From sequence record SRR22947725_152: DNA of 40,470 bases, one strand, 5' to 3'. Position 1 is the first letter of the stretch. Each line of letters opens with the position of its first letter. The translations under genes and the position numbers were made by a program. Shown in pieces: positions 29,520-37,949 of the stretch. Under the pieces are notes generated by a model, which saw only the letters and a program-made list of their open reading frames with translations, made no database searches and was not told the origin of the DNA.

Positions 29520-29695
29520 TTTGACCCTTTAAGTGATTCCATAAAATCGAGATTTTGCTTAATCTCATTATAGCGTTTTTGACAGCTCTTACAATTGTGA
29601 AGGTGAAGTCGCCAAAAGATACCCTTGATGCCATTGCTATGGTGTACAAGGTACTCTAATTTATATTCGTTGAGAGACTGCCCATTATTTCTCAA
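29516..29695 (-). CDS. Small zf-HC2 (anti-sigma-like) zinc-finger protein, 59 aa, absent from the ORF track
   Basis: TTG start after AAGGAG; MRNNGQSLNEYKLEYLVHHSNGIKGIFWRLHLHNCKSCQKRYNEIKQNLDFMESLKGSK; HxxxCxxC motif; its TGA overlaps the next ATG (ATGA). Confidence 0.7.
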   Translation of the reverse strand: MRNNGQSLNEYKLEYLVHHSNGIKGIFWRLHLHNCKSCQKRYNEIKQNLDFMESLKGSK

Positions 29696-29717
29696 AAGCT
29701 CCTTTTTGTTTTTTTAC

Positions 29718-29751
29718 TGTCTTAATAGAGGATTTTCGGATATTCTTACAC
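29718..29751 (-). promoter_or_regulatory. Candidate alternative-sigma promoter, copy 1
   Basis: GTGTAAGA-N13-CTCTATTAAGACA on the minus strand; near-identical copy at 30284-30318. Confidence 0.45.
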
Positions 29752-29757
29752 GGTTTT

Positions 29758-30238
29758 TTATTTTATGGGCTCAAAAATCATCGCTTGTATATCATCGCGG
29801 TAGTTATGCAGGGTTTTGTTCTTAACATTTATGGTGGCGACTTTGGAGGATTTATTATAAGTAATCGTAATAGTATCTCTTTCGCCTTTCCAGGTGAAAT
29901 AGCGGTCATCTGAAGTACTACCTGTACCACCTGGTTTTAAATTTATATAAAAGGGGCCGACAGTACGCTTCCATAGTCCGGCAAACTGTCTCTGGTCTTG
30001 AGGGGGATCCTCTTTTAACTTTCGGTAAAACCTATCCCGGAAGCGGAAACCTTTGACTTCAGTTGAACCGTTTTTGAAGCCGATGTAGAAATATCGAGAG
30101 CTCTCGCCTTCATTGAAGTAGGGAATGTCTTTCTGCAGGCTCCAAGCCTCCGACGAATTTCTTGAAGAGGCTATCGACATCGGCCTCTGCTTGTAGAGAT
30201 ACTTGTAGAAGTATGAATAGTGTTATTAGTTTGAACAT
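29758..30238 (-). pseudogene. Frameshifted secreted hypothetical protein (or sequencing error)
   Basis: ATG 30238 gives signal peptide MFKLITLFILLQVSLQA...KKFVG but stops at 30110-30112. Removing one base near 30145-30151 joins it to the 29758-30180 frame (..FVG-x-WSLQKD..), giving about 159 aa. Confidence 0.65.
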
Positions 30239-30283
30239 ACACTCTTAGTCCTGTTAAAGTTATTATATTATCGATCTTTCATT

Positions 30284-30318
30284 TGTCTCAATAAAGAGAG
30301 TAGTCTTAGCTCTTACAC
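30284..30318 (-). promoter_or_regulatory. Candidate alternative-sigma promoter, copy 2
   Basis: GTGTAAGA-N14-CTTTATTGAGACA on the minus strand, 45 bp upstream of ATG 30238. Confidence 0.45.
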
Positions 30319-30469
30319 AGATTTTAGAATAATTTTGTTTTTTCTATCAAATAAACTGCCAGCTTGAGGAGAAAAGGTCTTACATTCCTTTTTAATTAGT
30401 ATAATTGCTAATGTGTATTTTTTGTGTCAGCTTAGTAGTGGATATTATGAATGGATAAGGGAGCAGTAT

Positions 30470-31093
30470 ATGGGTTTTGTACGGTCAATTTTTGGACCTT
30501 CAAAAGATGAAATTTGGGGACAGATTGCTAGGGACATCGGTGGGGACTATATAGATGCGGGATTTTTTGGGACGGACACCTTAAAGTATCAACACGGAGA
30601 ATGGGAGCTTCATCTCGATACTTTTACGCGCTCGAGTGGGACAGGCAGCTCTCGTACATCGACGACTTACACGAGAATGAGGGTGCCTTTCAAGAATAAG
30701 GATGGCCTTTATTTTAAAATCTCGCCCGAGAGCATTTTCAGTCCAGTGGGTAAATTTTTCGGCATGCAGGATATCCAGATAGGCGATGCTTTTTTTGATG
30801 ACTCTTTCGTGATTAAAAGTAATAACGAAGAGAGAGTTAAAGAGTTATTAGCAGATAGCCGTGTGCGAGAACTTATTCATAGTCAACCGCGAATCTACCT
30901 GGAAGTAAAGGATGACGAAGGTTGGTTTTCTCAGTCTTTTCCCAAAGGGGTTGATGAGCTCTACTTTGAGACTCACGGCGTCATTAAAGATGCCAAGACA
31001 TTAAAATTGCTCTTTGAGCTTTTTGCCGCTGTACTGGATCGTTTAGTTGACATAGACTCTGCCTATGAAAGCGCTCCGGGAATTAGTTTTTAA
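30470..31093 (+). CDS. DUF3137-like protein
   Basis: Start moved to ATG 30470 (SD AAGGGAG); MGFVRSIFGPSKDEIW, YTRMR.PF.N.D, FGMQDI.IGD.FFD..F.IKSNNE. Confidence 0.7.
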   Translation: MGFVRSIFGPSKDEIWGQIARDIGGDYIDAGFFGTDTLKYQHGEWELHLDTFTRSSGTGSSRTSTTYTRMRVPFKNKDGLYFKISPESIFSPVGKFFGMQDIQIGDAFFDDSFVIKSNNEERVKELLADSRVRELIHSQPRIYLEVKDDEGWFSQSFPKGVDELYFETHGVIKDAKTLKLLFELFAAVLDRLVDIDSAYESAPGISF

Positions 31094-31144
31094 AAACGCA
31101 ATGATGATAGTTCGGACTAAAAGAAATATTATAAGGAGTAGAAT

Positions 31145-31390
31145 ATGGAGTTGGCACAACTAAGGGAGTTTTTAGGTTGGTGTACACTGATCAACTCTTG
31201 TCTTTTGATTCTTTCTGGAGCGGCTGTTTTATTGTGTCGGGAAAGAATAATTTCGATTCACGGTCGCCTCTTTTCTATGGCGAAAGAAGACTTGAGCAAA
31301 GCTTACTTTTATTATTTGGCGATTTATAAAATACTGATTATCTGCTTTAATCTGACTCCCTATATAGCCTTGCACTTTATGCTCAATTAA
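31145..31390 (+). CDS. Small membrane protein, DUF6868-like
   Basis: SD AAGGAG; REFLGWCTLIN..LL, H..LF, YKILII.FNL.PYIAL. Confidence 0.75.
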   Translation: MELAQLREFLGWCTLINSCLLILSGAAVLLCRERIISIHGRLFSMAKEDLSKAYFYYLAIYKILIICFNLTPYIALHFMLN

Positions 31391-31887
31391 GCTTTGAGTT
31401 TTTTCTTCAGCAGGCGGATTTTCTTAGAGAAGCGAAATTTACTTATGACTTTTTCTTGATCAGCTTCAGTAAAAATTCCAGAGTAGATGAAGTAGAGAAT
31501 GGGGAAAATCCCAAATGAAAAGAGAAAGCAAATGAAGGAATTCTTTTCGACCCAGGTTTCAAAGCCATGGCTTCCATGATGAATGAATAATTGGAGTGTC
31601 CCACTTAAGAAAAAATAACTAAATAATAGCCAGAAACTTTTGGTTCCTGACCTTATCATCGATACGGCCATTATGTAGCTGGCAGAACTTAGTGCTGAGC
31701 CCCACATAACCGATTTTAAAGGGAGTTGTGGGTTCATGAAAAAATGGGTCATGAAGCCGGCAATTAAAAGCGGCAAGCCATAAACGATGCATATTCTTTG
31801 ACACCGGAGGTAAGATTCATCTTCAAACATTTTAGGTTTTGGAATCTTTGGTATTTTGATCTTTGCTTTGGATATTCTAAGTTTCAT
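31387..31887 (-). CDS. Hypothetical membrane protein (about 4 TM)
   Basis: Four hydrophobic segments, basic termini, G-rich SD upstream. Confidence 0.7.
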   Translation of the reverse strand: MKLRISKAKIKIPKIPKPKMFEDESYLRCQRICIVYGLPLLIAGFMTHFFMNPQLPLKSVMWGSALSSASYIMAVSMIRSGTKSFWLLFSYFFLSGTLQLFIHHGSHGFETWVEKNSFICFLFSFGIFPILYFIYSGIFTEADQEKVISKFRFSKKIRLLKKKLKA

Positions 31888-32052
31888 ATTGTTACCCCCC
31901 TATAACTTTTACCTTAGCAGTGTAACGAAGGTTAGATAACTACAGTTTAATGCTAGATTTATAACCAATGATGGGTTCTCCTGCGATTTTGTGACTTGTA
32001 GAATTCCAAGGATCATTCACATTGAGAGTAACAAAGTTTTAAGGAGTCTATA

Positions 32053-32640
32053 ATGAGTGATCTTGACAATTTTAATCAATCAAAAGCTGGTGTTTGGGAG
32101 CAAATATCTAAGGATATAGATGGCGACTTCATTGATTGTGACTTTTGGGGCGATGATGTTCTCAAGTACAAATACAATGATTGGGAAATTGTTTTGGATA
32201 CCTATTCGGTAACTAAGTCTAAAACGAAAATCACTTATACAAGAATGAGGGCGCCCTTTGTTAATAACGATAACTTTGATTTCAAAATTTACCGAGAAGG
32301 CTTATTTAGTTCAGTAGGTAAAATCTTTGGCATGCAGGACATTGAAATTGGCGATGATTTCTTTGATAAGGAATTCATTATTAAATCCAATAATGAAGAC
32401 ATGGTCAAAGAGTTATTTAATGACGATTCTTTAAAAGAATTGATTCACCAACAGCCAGAGATCATGTTTGAAATCAAGGAAGATGACGGTTGGTTCAAAC
32501 AGTCGCACCCAGAAGGCGTTGATGAACTCTACTTTGAAGCCGCTGGTATTCTTAAAGAGACAAAGTTGTTGCGCTCTTTATTTGAGATGTTTGCTTTAAC
32601 CCTTGACCGTCTCGTTCATCTAAAGATTACAGATAAATAG
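32053..32640 (+). CDS. DUF3137-like protein, paralog of 30470-31093
   Basis: SD AAGGAG; shares YTRMR, FGMQDI.IGD.FFD, IKSNNE, DDGWF...P.GVDELYFE, LDRLV with the first copy. Confidence 0.75.
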   Translation: MSDLDNFNQSKAGVWEQISKDIDGDFIDCDFWGDDVLKYKYNDWEIVLDTYSVTKSKTKITYTRMRAPFVNNDNFDFKIYREGLFSSVGKIFGMQDIEIGDDFFDKEFIIKSNNEDMVKELFNDDSLKELIHQQPEIMFEIKEDDGWFKQSHPEGVDELYFEAAGILKETKLLRSLFEMFALTLDRLVHLKITDK

Positions 32641-32745
32641 GGCTTCCTGAATGGGATATTAATTTTTTATTCAAAATAATCAAGAATTGGCCATAATGAA
32701 GACCTTGTTCTTCATATATGCTTCATGAATAACATAAGGTATTTC

Positions 32746-34323
32746 ATGAAAACAATTCTATTTTTATTATTGCTGTCTTTATCGGTCTTTGCCGAACAAC
32801 AGAGACCGAATATTCTCTTCATCTTTTCGGATGATCATTCTCTACAGACTCTTGGGGCCCATAATGGTCGCATGAAAGATTTTTTGAAAGAGCACAAAGT
32901 TACCCCAAACTTAGATAAGCTTGCAGCACAAGGCATGTACTTTGAAAATAGCTTTGTTTGCAACTCCATTTGTGGTCCCAGTCGAGCGGCAATCTTGACT
33001 GGCAAACACAGTTGGCAAAATGGCTTTAAAAGCAACGGTCAAAAGTTTAATGGCAAGCAGTGGAATATGGCCAAAGCTTTTCAGAAATCGGGTTACGAAA
33101 CCGTGGTTTATGGTAAGTGGCACTTGAGCACGACCCCAACTGGGTTTGATAGCTCATGGGTCCTTCCTGGACAAGGTAAGTACTACAATCCCGATTTTTC
33201 TGTTGATGGTAAAAAGAAAGTTCAAAAACAGGGCTATTGCACAGATGTAGTGGTGGATATGACTCTTGACTGGCTAAAAAATAAGCGCGATCCAAAGAAG
33301 CCGTTTTTTCTTTGTAGTTGGCAAAAAGCTCCACATAGAACATGGATGCCGGCTCCTCGTCACTATACCTATCTCGATGATGTTGAAATCCCTGAGCCGG
33401 TTAATATGTTCGATAACTATGGCGGTGGTCGTAATTCCTCTTTGAAAACCCAGCATATGGATCTTGAAACTTACCTAAGCTTGCAGACAGATGTTAAAGT
33501 GACCCCACCATTTGCTACTAGTACGGTTGAAGAAATTAGGAATTCAGTTGAGAAGCAGCCTTCTTGTGATAAGTCGACCATTGGCGAGTTTGAAAGAATG
33601 ACTATGGCACAAAGAAAGGCCTGGGATGCTTACTACGTACCGCGCAATAAAAAGTTTCGCTCTATGAATTTAAAAGGTAAAGGCCTCGTTCGTTGGAAGT
33701 ACCAGCAATACTTGAAAGACTACTTGCGCTGCATTAAAGCTCTTGATGAAAATGTCGGCCGCCTGATGGCTTACCTAAAGGAAACCGGTCTGGATAAAAA
33801 TACGATCGTCATTTACAGCTCTGATCAAGGGTTTTATAATGGTGAACATGGTTGGTATGACAAGCGCTGGATGTATGAAGAGTCCTTAAGAAATCCATTT
33901 ATTATTAAGTACCCCGGTGTCACCAAGCCAGGTTCACGTGTTGAGCAAATGATTCAAAATATCGACTATGCTCCAACTCTTCTTGATATTGCGGGTATCG
34001 ATATTCCTAAGGATGTGCAAGGGGCATCTTTCAGGCCGATTCTTGAAGGCAAGAAACCTGAAAACTGGCGTAAAGATTTACTTTACACCTATTATGGTCG
34101 TGGGGCTCATAATGTTGCATCACACTACGGAATACGCACAGAGCGTTATAAATTAATCCATTTTCCTAAGACAGATGAATGGGAACTTTTTGACCTTAAG
34201 AAAGATAAGAATGAAATGACGAATCTTTATCAGAATCCCGAACAAAAAGGTAAAGTACAGGAGCTCAAAAAATCTCTTGAAGGTCTCCTTTCAAAGTACG
34301 ATGTCGAGGTTGATAAAAAGTAA
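32746..34323 (+). CDS. Secreted S1 sulfatase (N-acetylglucosamine-6-sulfatase-like)
   Basis: Start ATG 32746; RPNILFIFSDDH, NSICGPSRAAILTG, GKWHL, KAPHR, SDQGF..GEHG..DKRWMYEES. Confidence 0.93.
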   Translation: MKTILFLLLLSLSVFAEQQRPNILFIFSDDHSLQTLGAHNGRMKDFLKEHKVTPNLDKLAAQGMYFENSFVCNSICGPSRAAILTGKHSWQNGFKSNGQKFNGKQWNMAKAFQKSGYETVVYGKWHLSTTPTGFDSSWVLPGQGKYYNPDFSVDGKKKVQKQGYCTDVVVDMTLDWLKNKRDPKKPFFLCSWQKAPHRTWMPAPRHYTYLDDVEIPEPVNMFDNYGGGRNSSLKTQHMDLETYLSLQTDVKVTPPFATSTVEEIRNSVEKQPSCDKSTIGEFERMTMAQRKAWDAYYVPRNKKFRSMNLKGKGLVRWKYQQYLKDYLRCIKALDENVGRLMAYLKETGLDKNTIVIYSSDQGFYNGEHGWYDKRWMYEESLRNPFIIKYPGVTKPGSRVEQMIQNIDYAPTLLDIAGIDIPKDVQGASFRPILEGKKPENWRKDLLYTYYGRGAHNVASHYGIRTERYKLIHFPKTDEWELFDLKKDKNEMTNLYQNPEQKGKVQELKKSLEGLLSKYDVEVDKK

Positions 34324-34327
34324 GTTC

Positions 34328-36337
34328 CTAGTAGAAAATGACTTCGTACTTTTCGTGTAATTTACGGAGGTTCTCCTCATTGAAGGTATGCTGTGGGATG
34401 TGTACTTTCTTGAGGGATTTAAAGTTTTTTAATTCACTAAGATCGAGCCAACGATTATTGAGGGCAATTTCTTGAAGCGGGGTGTTTTCTAGTTTTTGAA
34501 TATGCCTAATGTTGGTTTTATACATTAAAAGTTTTTCTAAGGGGCAATTAGCTAGAGGCTCGATATCTAGTACATCCGTTTGAGTAATATTCAGGATTTT
34601 GAGTTTTGAGTTCATTAGGGGCCGTAGATCGAAGATATTTGTGTTTGATATATCCAAGTCAATAATGGGGAGATTATTGAGGGGGACTATGTTATACATG
34701 CCGTTATTATTGGCTAATGATAGAGAGTAACCGCCTTCGATTTCTTTAAGGTCAAAAGTATACTCATAATTAGTGATGCTTCTAAAGTAACGCTTGGCAA
34801 ACTCCAGTCTATCTTCGAGCTCATATAAAAGAGTGCAATGGTGCAGGAAGTGCATGCGTAAGTGGGGGGCATCGGGAATATCGCGCATTTCTTTAATTTT
34901 AGAAATGAGTTCCTGTTGTCGAATAAGGCTGCCTTTCTCCTGTAGTTTCAGGCAAAAATGGCAGAGCTCAACGAGCAATGTATACTTGTCATTATCGCGC
35001 CCTTGCGCCCAGTCTATGGCTTCTTGGAACTGATGGCGACCGACTAGTAAATTCATCATAAATTTATGTACATTGTCATTACTCGGGTCTAGCTGTATGG
35101 CCTTTTCAGTCAACTTAAAGGTTTTTTGATAATTTTTTCGAGCATATTCACGGCGAGCGTATTTGAGAAAATTAGGGGCGGCCATTTGGCGCAGAGCCAT
35201 ACTGTCTTCCTGAGCTCGTTCCGCTTCATCTCTCGCCATTTCGGCAGCACTCTGGGCATCGATTGCAGTGAGCTTTTCTCGATTAAGGTTATTGATGAAA
35301 GTGGTCGTTAACATTATCAAGCAAAGAATAAAAGCACTGATTGTCCCTGCTAAGACTTTATAGCGTTTGATGAGTAATATGGAAAGAGTTAAAAATCCAG
35401 CGTCTTCTGCTTGAGTGGCAAACCCACTTTGATAAGCACGGATATCTGCAGCAAGTTGGCGACAACTTTGGTAGCGCTCCTGGGGGTCGAGAGCTATAGC
35501 TTTCTTAAGAACGGCTTTGAGTCCGACGGGTAAATTTTCAGGTTCTTTTAACTCTCCAGCACAGGTATTCTCTTTTAGGTCTTTATCTGTATGGCCACCG
35601 ACGGGCAATTGATGGAGGAGCATGGCGTACAATAAGCAGCCAAGGCTATAAATATCTGTTAATGGACTGATGCCCTCTCCGACGATTTGTTCAGGTGACA
35701 TGAACCCCGGAGTACCGACAATTTTATTTGTTTTCGTCATTTGATCATCGATATACGCAGCTAGCCCCCAATCACAAACGAGAACTTCACCGAATTCACT
35801 TATCTGAATGTTTGCCGGTTTTATGTCGAGGTGCATGATATTCTTTGAGTGGGCAAAAGAAATAGCATCGCAAATTTTTAGGAAAATCTCCAACATTGAC
35901 TGCTGATTATATTTTTCTCTATAGTTTTCTTTTTTGATATTTTTAATGACTTCAGCGAGATTTTCTCCATGTAAGATTTTCATGGTGAAAAAAGGGCGGC
36001 CCTCATCGACAGAGAGTTCGTGAACAGGGACGATATTGGGGTGTTCCAGGCTTGCAGAGATGCGTGCTTCCTGAATAAAGGCATCGATTCCTTCAGCATC
36101 GAGGTCATCTTTTGGCACGGCCATCGCCACATCGCGTTCGGTATAGAGGTCTCGGCAAAAAAGGATTTGCTTCATGCCGCCTTCATTGAGAAATTTTGTC
36201 GGGCTGTATTTTTGTTCTAATTGGCAGATTTGCATGTAGCGATCAGAATCTTTTAAGCGCGCTTTTTCATCCTCCATAGCAGCATCAAAGTGCTGTAGGA
36301 GTCCTTCATTCATGCAGAATTTATTGTTATCTGACAT
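34328..36337 (-). CDS. Hanks-type Ser/Thr protein kinase with TM helix, coiled coil, TPR-like and LRR regions
   Basis: EGGMK loop, FIQEARI, HPNIV, HLDIKPANI, DWG, GTPGFMSPE, DIYSLG; TM VLAGTISAFILCLIML; LDISNTNIFDLRPL-type repeats. Confidence 0.92.
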   Translation of the reverse strand: MSDNNKFCMNEGLLQHFDAAMEDEKARLKDSDRYMQICQLEQKYSPTKFLNEGGMKQILFCRDLYTERDVAMAVPKDDLDAEGIDAFIQEARISASLEHPNIVPVHELSVDEGRPFFTMKILHGENLAEVIKNIKKENYREKYNQQSMLEIFLKICDAISFAHSKNIMHLDIKPANIQISEFGEVLVCDWGLAAYIDDQMTKTNKIVGTPGFMSPEQIVGEGISPLTDIYSLGCLLYAMLLHQLPVGGHTDKDLKENTCAGELKEPENLPVGLKAVLKKAIALDPQERYQSCRQLAADIRAYQSGFATQAEDAGFLTLSILLIKRYKVLAGTISAFILCLIMLTTTFINNLNREKLTAIDAQSAAEMARDEAERAQEDSMALRQMAAPNFLKYARREYARKNYQKTFKLTEKAIQLDPSNDNVHKFMMNLLVGRHQFQEAIDWAQGRDNDKYTLLVELCHFCLKLQEKGSLIRQQELISKIKEMRDIPDAPHLRMHFLHHCTLLYELEDRLEFAKRYFRSITNYEYTFDLKEIEGGYSLSLANNNGMYNIVPLNNLPIIDLDISNTNIFDLRPLMNSKLKILNITQTDVLDIEPLANCPLEKLLMYKTNIRHIQKLENTPLQEIALNNRWLDLSELKNFKSLKKVHIPQHTFNEENLRKLHEKYEVIFY

Positions 36338-36435
36338 CGACGACCTGTATATTAACTTTGAATTATTTTACACATCTTGTGTCAACATTTGCCAGTTATT
36401 TACCATTATTGCTGACAAACAAGACAGGAATTATT

Positions 36436-37860
36436 ATGAAAATTGCCATCATTAGCCTTTTATTGACACTGGTCTCCAGTTTATATGCCGAAAAACCCAA
36501 CATTGTATTTATTTTAGTTGATGACCTTGGTCGCCAGGATTTGGGCTGTTATGGCTCGACCTTTTACGAGACCCCTCATATAGACTCTCTTGCCGGCGCA
36601 GGCTTGAAGTTTGAAAATGCCTATGTGGCTCATCCGCGTTGTGTTCCTTCGCGCTTCGCTATCTTCAGTGGTCAGTACCCTGCTCGTTATGGCGTTCCAG
36701 GTAAGAAAAAACAATTTAAACATACTTTACCGTTAAAGCTTAAGACATTTGGCGAGCACCTTAAAGAAGCTGGCTACGCTACTGCCTATATTGGTAAGTG
36801 GCATCTTGGAGGACACGGAGGCGAACCCAAATACCAAGGTTGGGACACAAGCATCATGGCTGGTCATGCCGGTGGTCCTCCTAGCTATTTTTATCCATTC
36901 CACAAAACTCAAAAGGGCAAATCCAAAGAAGACTTTCCTGTCGTTGAAGGAAAAGAAGGTGAACACCTTACCAATAGACTCACAGATGAAGCTCTCACTT
37001 TTATTGAAGCGAATAAAGAAAAACCGTTTCACCTAACCTTGGCTTACTATGCCGTTCACACTCCCATTGAAGCGCCCAAACATCTTATTAAAAAATATGA
37101 AGAAAAAATTAAAAAATTAGGCATTCAAAACGGTGGTAAAACATCTACTGCTGATGTCATCAAAAACTCTACCGGTGTTTTTAAAACAGTACAAAACAAT
37201 CCGGCTTATGCGGGAATGATCGAAAAATTAGACAATAATGTCGGCCGACTGATGAATCGACTCGAAAAACTGGGCATAGCAGATAACACAGTAATCGTCC
37301 TTACTTCTGACCATGGTGGTTTATCTTCTCGAGGCCATGAATCCAAAAGAGAACTTGCAACTTCCAACCTCCCTTACCGTCATGGTAAAGGTTGGATTTA
37401 TGAAGGGGGCAACCGCGTCCCTCTACTGGTTAAATGGCCAAGTAAAGTGAAACCTGCAACGACTAAACAAAGAATTACCGGCACCGATCACTTCCCTACT
37501 TTCCTTGAAATTGCCGGTATCAAACAAGCTCCTGAAGATCACAAAGATGGCCAAAGTTACTTCGCTGCCTTGAATGGCAATACTTACGATAGAGGGGCAA
37601 TATTTTGGCATTCAGCTTTAGGCCGTCCGGCGCAAACAGGCGATACCAATATGTCAGCGATTATTGAAGGCGATTTTAAGTTTATTCAGTGCCATAATCT
37701 AGACAAAATTGAGCTTTATAACATTGATAAAGATAGCGCAGAAAGTAAAGATTTGTCCGTGACTATGCCAGAGAAAGTTCAGGAAATGGCTAAGAAGCTC
37801 GATGCTTGGAAAAAGAGTGTTGGTGCCGATATGAAGCCGACAAAAAACAAGAAAAAATAG
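36436..37860 (+). CDS. Secreted S1 sulfatase
   Basis: Start ATG 36436 (SD CAGGA); KPNIVFILVDDLG, CVPSR, GKWHLG, YAVHTP, TSDHGG, GKGWIYEGG.RVP. Confidence 0.93.
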   Translation: MKIAIISLLLTLVSSLYAEKPNIVFILVDDLGRQDLGCYGSTFYETPHIDSLAGAGLKFENAYVAHPRCVPSRFAIFSGQYPARYGVPGKKKQFKHTLPLKLKTFGEHLKEAGYATAYIGKWHLGGHGGEPKYQGWDTSIMAGHAGGPPSYFYPFHKTQKGKSKEDFPVVEGKEGEHLTNRLTDEALTFIEANKEKPFHLTLAYYAVHTPIEAPKHLIKKYEEKIKKLGIQNGGKTSTADVIKNSTGVFKTVQNNPAYAGMIEKLDNNVGRLMNRLEKLGIADNTVIVLTSDHGGLSSRGHESKRELATSNLPYRHGKGWIYEGGNRVPLLVKWPSKVKPATTKQRITGTDHFPTFLEIAGIKQAPEDHKDGQSYFAALNGNTYDRGAIFWHSALGRPAQTGDTNMSAIIEGDFKFIQCHNLDKIELYNIDKDSAESKDLSVTMPEKVQEMAKKLDAWKKSVGADMKPTKNKKK

Positions 37861-37949
37861 CTGGGTTGTCCATAAATTCACATTGAGTCATTACTAATGT
37901 TAAATGGCGTCTGCCGATTAAAAATTAAGACTCAAAGTGAAGAGGAAAT

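Noticed and set aside
29625-29825. Plus-strand 66-aa ORF in the track
   Set aside because: No motif; the minus-strand HxxxCxxC ORF with translational coupling explains the region better.
34328-36337. Kinase as a dead pseudokinase
   Set aside because: All other catalytic motifs are intact and a compensating Lys sits in the Gly loop; not excluded without an assay.
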